DNA of 64,000 nucleotides from an uncultured archaeon (GTDB lineage Archaea; Thermoproteota; Nitrososphaeria; Nitrososphaerales; Gagatemarchaeaceae): NCBI GenBank assembly GCA_963817525.1, contig CAWFOU010000001.1, forward strand, positions 608,001 through 672,000. Direction: 5' to 3'. Made by a program: the position numbers and the translations under genes. Position 1 is the first letter of the stretch. Each line of letters begins with the position of its first letter. The notes under the pieces are model-generated. The model saw only the letters and a list, made by a program, of their open reading frames with translations. It searched no databases and had not been told where the DNA came from. This document shows positions 58,476 to 64,000 of the stretch, piece by piece.

Positions 58476-60683
58476 CTAATCCATCAGCTCCGGTATCGCG
58501 CGCTCCCACTTGGACCTTAGCGCAGAGACTGCGACCTCTCCCAGCGGCGAGCGCCCCGCCGTGAATGAGAGGGAGGCCCCGCCTACGCGCCCCACGACGC
58601 CGTTGGGCACTCGCGCATCCTTCAGGAACGAGGATATCTTCGGGCCGTCGGCGCCCGCCACGACGAACCTCCCGTGAGACTCTGAGAAGGCGGTCTCCAC
58701 GCTCCCGCCGCAGGTGTTCGGGGCGGTCGAGACGTCGACCTTCGCGCCTAGACCCCCGGAGATGGCCATCTCCGCCAGCGCGACCCCGAGCCCTCCGCTC
58801 GAGCAGTCGTGGACGGCGCTCACGAGGCCCCTCTCGATGAGGCCTAGGACTGCCCGGCAAGTCCTGAGGTCCTCTTGCGGGCTGGCGCGGGGGGAGGCCT
58901 GGATGCCCAGCGCGCTGTTAGGGAACCTCGAGGAGAGCTCCGAGCCCGCGAGCTCGGGCCTCGTCTCGCCGACGACAACGATGGAGTCCCCGGCGAGCTT
59001 GAACGACATCGTCCTTAGGCCAGCCTCCTTCTCCACGAGGCCGACCACCAGGGCTATCGGGCTGGGCTTTATCGCGCGTCCGGTAGCCGAGTCCTCGTTG
59101 TAGAAGCTCACCTTCCCGCCCACCACGGGGAGGCCGAACGCCTTGCAATAGTCTGCCATGCCCCTGAGGTTCTCTCGGAAGGCCCAGTAGACCTCGGGGT
59201 CGGAGGGGTCTCCCGACTGGAGGTGGTCCACGAGCGCTATGGGCTCCGCGCCCACGGCTACGACGTTCCTGCAGGCTTCCGCGACGCAGCCAGCCGCGCC
59301 CTCGTAGGGGTCGAGCGACGCCTGCCTGCTGTTCCCGTCTCCCTTTATCGCCAGGAACCTGCCGTTGGGCAGCCTCATCACCGCCGCGTCGGCCTGGCCC
59401 GGCCTCACCACTGTCCTAAGGCCCACCTCGTGGTCGAACTGTTGGTAGACCCACCTCTTGCTCGCGATGTTGGGCGAGGAGAGCAGCGAGAGGAGCGCCT
59501 CCTTGAGGCCGGGTTCGGCGCCTCCGGGGACCGGATGCGGAGAGCGGCGGCCCTCTGGCTTCTTGAACGGCCAGTCGATCAGCGGCGCCTCGGTCACGAG
59601 GGAGGCGGGAAGGTCGGCGACTACCTTTCCGTCCCACCTGAGCACCAGCCTTGGAGACGACGTGACCTTGCCAATGACCGCGTACGGGACGCCGTACTTC
59701 TCTAGCACCGAGATGACGTCGTCACCTCGGCCGGATGGGAGCACCAGGAGCATCCTCTCCTGCGACTCTGAGGTCATGACCTCCGTGGGCGTCATGTCGT
59801 CCTCGCGCAGCTTCACCCTCCTCAGCTCGACGTCGACGCCGGTCCCGCCCTTGGAGGCGACCTCGGAGAGCGCGGTCGAGAGCCCGCCTCCGCCCAGGTC
59901 CTTCATCCCGTGGATCTCGCCGTGGTTGGAGACTATCTCCAGGAGTGAGTCGAGGAGGAGCTTCTTCATGAATGGGTCGGGGACTTGGACGGAGGACCGG
60001 TCGCTCGCCGCGTCCTCCTTCAGGTTCTTCGAGGCGAAGGTGGCCCCCTTTATCCCGTCCCTGCCCGTGCTCCCTCCGATCAGAACCAGGGCGTCTCCAG
60101 GCGCCTTTGCCTCGCCGAGTATCAGGTCGCCCTTCTTGCCGAGCCCCACGCAGGCTACGTCCACCAGGCAGTTCCTCTCGAACGAGTCGTCGAACTCTAT
60201 CTCGCCGGCGACCGTGGGCACCCCGATGCAGTTCCCATAGTCACCGATGCCCCTGACCACGTTCTTCAGGAGCCAACGGGAGTGGCCGCTCTTGTCTATC
60301 AGGCCGAACCTGAGGATGTCCACCAGCGCGATGGGCCTGCTGGCCACCGACAGTATGTCCCTCACCACCCCGCCTATCCCGGTCGAGGCTCCGCCGTAAG
60401 GGTCGACCGCGGAGGGGTGGTTGTGGCTCTCGATGTGGAGGGTCACGACGTACCCGTCGCCCACGTCCACGACCCCGGCGTCGTATCCCGGGCCGAGGAT
60501 GACCCGCTTCCCGGTGGTGGGGAAGAGCTTGAGGAGGCCCCGCGAGGACTTGTAGCTGCTGTGCTCTGACCATTCCGCGTCGATTATCGACCACTCGGTC
60601 TCGTTGGGCTCGCGTCCCAGCGACTTCCTGACCGTGGCCATCTCCTGGGGGGTCAGGCCGAGCCCCAGCTGCTCCGCCCTCAA
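58476..60683 (-). CDS. purL: FGAM synthase subunit PurL
   Basis: WSEHSSY, ESHNHPS, SESQER and HDCSSGG. Confidence 0.97.
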   Translation of the reverse strand: MRAEQLGLGLTPQEMATVRKSLGREPNETEWSIIDAEWSEHSSYKSSRGLLKLFPTTGKRVILGPGYDAGVVDVGDGYVVTLHIESHNHPSAVDPYGGASTGIGGVVRDILSVASRPIALVDILRFGLIDKSGHSRWLLKNVVRGIGDYGNCIGVPTVAGEIEFDDSFERNCLVDVACVGLGKKGDLILGEAKAPGDALVLIGGSTGRDGIKGATFASKNLKEDAASDRSSVQVPDPFMKKLLLDSLLEIVSNHGEIHGMKDLGGGGLSTALSEVASKGGTGVDVELRRVKLREDDMTPTEVMTSESQERMLLVLPSGRGDDVISVLEKYGVPYAVIGKVTSSPRLVLRWDGKVVADLPASLVTEAPLIDWPFKKPEGRRSPHPVPGGAEPGLKEALLSLLSSPNIASKRWVYQQFDHEVGLRTVVRPGQADAAVMRLPNGRFLAIKGDGNSRQASLDPYEGAAGCVAEACRNVVAVGAEPIALVDHLQSGDPSDPEVYWAFRENLRGMADYCKAFGLPVVGGKVSFYNEDSATGRAIKPSPIALVVGLVEKEAGLRTMSFKLAGDSIVVVGETRPELAGSELSSRFPNSALGIQASPRASPQEDLRTCRAVLGLIERGLVSAVHDCSSGGLGVALAEMAISGGLGAKVDVSTAPNTCGGSVETAFSESHGRFVVAGADGPKISSFLKDARVPNGVVGRVGGASLSFTAGRSPLGEVAVSALRSKWERAIPELMD

Positions 60684-61399
60684 GTTCGGCTCCTCCCTCC
60701 AGACCTTACCAGGAGAGACGAGAGCACGAGCGATCCGTCGGCACGGCCGAGGGGGCTGAGGAGCGCCTCTGCCGCCCGCTCCGGATGTGGCATTAGCCCG
60801 ACCACGTTACCCTCCCTACTGCACACGCCCGCGATGTTGTGGAGCGTCCCGGTCGGGTTGCTCTCGGCCGTCACCCTGCCCGAGTCGTCGCAATACCTGA
60901 ACGCAACCAGCCCGTCCTTCTCGAGCCGCGCGAGCTCTGCTGCGGGCAGGAAGAACCTCCCCTCCCCGTGTGCGATGGGCATGCTCAGGACCTGCCCCTT
61001 CTTCATGCCCGAGGTGAACGGCGTCCGCGTGTTCTCGACGCTGACGTGCTCCCACTCGCACACGAACTTCAGCGTGGAGTTGCGGAGCAAGGCCCCCGGG
61101 AGGAGGCCGCTCTCGACGAGGATCTGGAAGCCGTTGCAGACCCCTAGGATCGGGACGCCGCGCTCCGCCATCCGCTTCACCCTGGCCATGGCCGGAGAGT
61201 TGGCCGCTATGACGCCCGCCCTGAGGCGGTCGGCGAACGAGAACCCACCGGGGAGGATCACCGCGCCGTATTCGCGCCTGCCGAGGGCGGCGTCCTCGTG
61301 CCAGACGAGTTCTGGCTCGATGCCATCTATCGTCCTGAGGGCGGCCATCATGTCCAGGTCGCAGTTGCTTCCCGGGAACCGGATGACCGCGACCTTCAT
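60680..61399 (-). CDS. purQ: FGAM synthase subunit PurQ
   Basis: FPGSNCD, GVCNGFQ, AHGEG and MPHPER. Confidence 0.97.
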   Translation of the reverse strand: MKVAVIRFPGSNCDLDMMAALRTIDGIEPELVWHEDAALGRREYGAVILPGGFSFADRLRAGVIAANSPAMARVKRMAERGVPILGVCNGFQILVESGLLPGALLRNSTLKFVCEWEHVSVENTRTPFTSGMKKGQVLSMPIAHGEGRFFLPAAELARLEKDGLVAFRYCDDSGRVTAESNPTGTLHNIAGVCSREGNVVGLMPHPERAAEALLSPLGRADGSLVLSSLLVRSGGRSRT

Positions 61400-61686
61400 C
61401 GTCCGGGGACTCTCCCGATGGACACTTCGCACGAATGCGCCGCCGGGTTGAAGATCCGGAGCTCGTTGCACATCTTGAGGACCATCCGCTTTGCGGACGC
61501 CGGATCGGGCGCGGCGACCTTCACGCGGAGGTACTTGCCCGCTCGGATCGACTCGACCTGCTCAAAACCTGACTTCGCTACGAGGTCGTGGAGTATGGTC
61601 TCACCCTCGGGCTCCCGCACCCCCGGCTTGTTGGAGATGACCACGCTCACCTCGAACGTCCGACTTTTAGTCGTAAAGAACGCCAA
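61396..61686 (-). CDS. purS: FGAM synthase subunit PurS
   Basis: KPGVREPEG..IRAGKY..NP. Confidence 0.92.
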   Translation of the reverse strand: MAFFTTKSRTFEVSVVISNKPGVREPEGETILHDLVAKSGFEQVESIRAGKYLRVKVAAPDPASAKRMVLKMCNELRIFNPAAHSCEVSIGRVPGR

Positions 61687-61882
61687 TTTTTCGCGTCTAT
61701 TTAAATCGGATTTGTTATGTTCGTGTTAATCGAGCGGCGCCTTTGACGCGTCGAAAGAATTTCCTGACCGTCGAATGCCTGGTTCGGGCCGAACTAGGAA
61801 GACGTAACGACTGACCTCATAGCTTGCAAGGCCAAGGTTCCTGCGCTCCTTCGCAACCCGGATCGGCATGGTCTTGTCAGGA

Positions 61883-62665
61883 CTAGGCGCTCCTCAGGAG
61901 CTTCACGAACAACTGGCCGGCCTTGGCGTCTACTTTGGACTCGACGACCTTCACCTTTGCCGAGAAGACCGACTCAACTATCCCCGCGATTATCCCGCAT
62001 ACAAACCTGCTCGGCTCGGTCGATCCCTCTAGTTGCGGGGCGTCCTGAACGGTCACTTCGTATCCCTCCTTGGTCGTCTTGAAGTCGAAGATCCCCCACC
62101 CGGTCGCCCGCAGTCCGTCCTTAGCGACCTCAAGGAGGGATTCTAGGCTGAAGTCGGGGGCGTCCGTTACCAGCTTGTAGCCTTTCATGACCTCGGCCGC
62201 GTAGCTCTCTCCCTCCCTGAACATGATCGCGCTTCCCGCCGAGCCAAGATCCTCCCCAAGCCTTTTCTCCATGTTGAGCAGCCTGTCCATCCCCAGTATC
62301 AGGGCCCTGCTCCCCGAAAAGACGACGATGGGGAAGTGGAACTTGTCGAAAGGGGACTTTTCGGTGCTGGCGAACTCCACCCGCTGCACGAAGCTCATCG
62401 CTCTGATCTCCTTGCGCAGCTCCTCCGCGCTCCTGTCTGCCTGCGCCAGGTCGCAGTAGTAAGTCCCAGACAAAGTGCCCGTGCCAGGGTCTAGCTGACA
62501 GTGCGCCATCAGTATCTCGGCGTCGTGCCGGGCGAACACCTCGACTATCGCTCCCAAGGAGCGAAGTTCACGCTTCCAGACCACGAGGAACTCATAGACC
62601 TTCTCGTTCGGCCAGATGGACACGGCGAGATTGCGTGGTATGTACTTTGCCTTCGCAAGAATCAC
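61883..62665 (-). CDS. ACT-like plus V4R-domain protein
   Basis: ACT-like N-terminus; GSAIMFREG, TGWG and FVCGIIAG. Confidence 0.75.
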   Translation of the reverse strand: MILAKAKYIPRNLAVSIWPNEKVYEFLVVWKRELRSLGAIVEVFARHDAEILMAHCQLDPGTGTLSGTYYCDLAQADRSAEELRKEIRAMSFVQRVEFASTEKSPFDKFHFPIVVFSGSRALILGMDRLLNMEKRLGEDLGSAGSAIMFREGESYAAEVMKGYKLVTDAPDFSLESLLEVAKDGLRATGWGIFDFKTTKEGYEVTVQDAPQLEGSTEPSRFVCGIIAGIVESVFSAKVKVVESKVDAKAGQLFVKLLRSA

Positions 62666-62927
62666 GAGAAGAAAGTTGTGAATTCGGAGATATTAATACT
62701 GTGGTGATTCGATTTCGCCCAGATCGGGAGTGCAGTGACGGGTTCGACCTCAGGGACGTCCTCGACACCCCTCGGAGCTCGATGAGAAAGTCCTTCTGTC
62801 AGGTGACCTCAAGACGCCTGTGGAGATCAGGAGGCTGGATCCTCGATCGATATCGGCGGTCGACATCCTCTCCGGCGCGCTGGAAGTGCAGTAGAACCCA
62901 AATAGGCTCGGCGGCGGGGAAGAGAAC

Positions 62928-64000
62928 GTGGAGCGAGGCAAGTCGAACCAGGACGTCCAGGTGAAGACCGCGATACTCAGCGTCGCGGACAAGTCCGGGC
63001 TCGTCGACTTTGCGAACGGGCTCACGTCGTTGGGGACCTCCCTCCTCGCGACTGGCGGGACGTTCACCGCTCTGAAGGAGGCGGGAGTCGAGGTCAGGAG
63101 CCTCGGGGAGGCGATGGGGCTCTCGGAGGCGCTCTCGGGCAGGGTGAAGACCCTGCACTCGAACCTGTTCGCCGGAATACTCGCCAAGAGGGGGGACGTC
63201 GGGCACATGCGCGAGCTGAAGGCGATGGGAGTCTCCCCCATCGACATGGTGGTCTGCAACTTCTATCCCTTCGAGAAGGTCGCTGCAGACCCGAAGGCGA
63301 CGGACGAGACGATAATCGAGAACATCGACATCGGGGGGCCTTCGATGGTCAGGGCATCGACGAAGAACCACCTCTACGTCACCGTGGTCCCGTCCCCGAG
63401 GTTCTACGCCCCGGTGCTCCAGGAGATGAAGGAGAAGGGAGGGAAGGTGGGGATAGGGCTCAGGAAGACTCTGGCGGTGGAGGCCTTCGCGATGACGGCC
63501 TCGTACGACGCGATGATCTACAACGAGCTGAGGCGCAGGTTCTCCGCGGACGACAAGTTCCCGGGAAGGTTCCTGCTCTCGGCCACGAAGCACCAGGACG
63601 CGAGGTACGGGGAGAACCCCGACCAGAAGGCGTCGATATACTCAATCGACGGCGCGCGGAGCATGACGGCGTGGAAGCAGCTCTCAGGCGAGGCCCTCTC
63701 CTTCAACAACTACCTCGACATCGGGAGCGCCTACGACATCGTCGAGGGCTTCGAGGACGTCCCCACGGCCGCCACGGTCAAGCACGGCCAGATCAGCGGC
63801 TTCGCCTTTGCGCCGAGCATCGCGAAGGCGTACGCGCTCGCGCACGCCTGCGACCCCGAGGCCGACTTTGGGGGGACGGTCATAGTGAACCGCAGGGTCG
63901 ACGCCACGGCCGCGCGCTTGGTCGGGAAGAACGAGGGGAAGGAGGACGAGTCGGTGTACACGGAGATACTCATCGCCCCCGGCTACGACGACGACGCGAG
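62928..64000 (+). CDS. purH: bifunctional AICAR transformylase/IMP cyclohydrolase (partial, runs off window)
   Basis: AILSVADKSG, ATGGT, GRVKTLH, NFYPF, IENIDIGGP, RYGENPDQ and LSFNN; start at 62928 or 62961. Confidence 0.96.
   Translation, partial: MERGKSNQDVQVKTAILSVADKSGLVDFANGLTSLGTSLLATGGTFTALKEAGVEVRSLGEAMGLSEALSGRVKTLHSNLFAGILAKRGDVGHMRELKAMGVSPIDMVVCNFYPFEKVAADPKATDETIIENIDIGGPSMVRASTKNHLYVTVVPSPRFYAPVLQEMKEKGGKVGIGLRKTLAVEAFAMTASYDAMIYNELRRRFSADDKFPGRFLLSATKHQDARYGENPDQKASIYSIDGARSMTAWKQLSGEALSFNNYLDIGSAYDIVEGFEDVPTAATVKHGQISGFAFAPSIAKAYALAHACDPEADFGGTVIVNRRVDATAARLVGKNEGKEDESVYTEILIAPGYDDDA

Noticed and set aside
61700-63060. ZMP/ZTP or purine riboswitch near purH/purS
   Set aside because: The only GCGACTGGCG-like match is inside the purH coding sequence (ATGG motif) and the 3' CGCCTGGGC element is absent
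1-64000. CRISPR array, tRNA/rRNA, integrase
   Set aside because: No regularly spaced repeats, cloverleaf/T-loop pattern or recombinase motifs were seen by eye

Overview
GC-rich archaeal chromosomal window. TATA boxes ~25-30 bp before starts, many TTG/GTG starts and genes for TRAM, LsrF and CPxCG microproteins are consistent with a non-ammonia-oxidising Nitrososphaerota-like lineage (inference). 1-23.7 kb is mixed metabolic and accessory DNA: CPBP protease, Zn-ADH, HDAC, Cut/Cox S-M-XdhC, RNase HI, LsrF, IolG-like oxidoreductase, class V aminotransferase, acetyl-CoA synthetase, an ABC exporter, a frameshifted TnpB element, an amber-interrupted PadR and several microproteins. 23.8-64 kb is a folate-dependent purine biosynthesis cluster (purB; purM-purC; purE-fthC-folD-purN-purF-purL-purQ-purS; purH). 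It is split between purC and purE by a ~26 kb cell-surface island. The island's core is a tightly coupled 14-gene operon: NDP-sugar synthase, two MacB/FtsX permeases, GT-C-like protein, His-switch-less ABC ATPase, split DUF1616, sequon-rich Ig-like protein, DUF4350, MoxR and DUF58. It is followed by glycosyltransferases, FkbM, an AlkP-family enzyme, a flippase and vapBC, and is the best candidate for an undescribed surface-glycan assembly/export system. A second vapBC lies between purB and a diverged copy of the purB 3' end. No tRNA, rRNA, CRISPR array or integrase was seen. Family assignments come from motif recognition by eye, not database searches.
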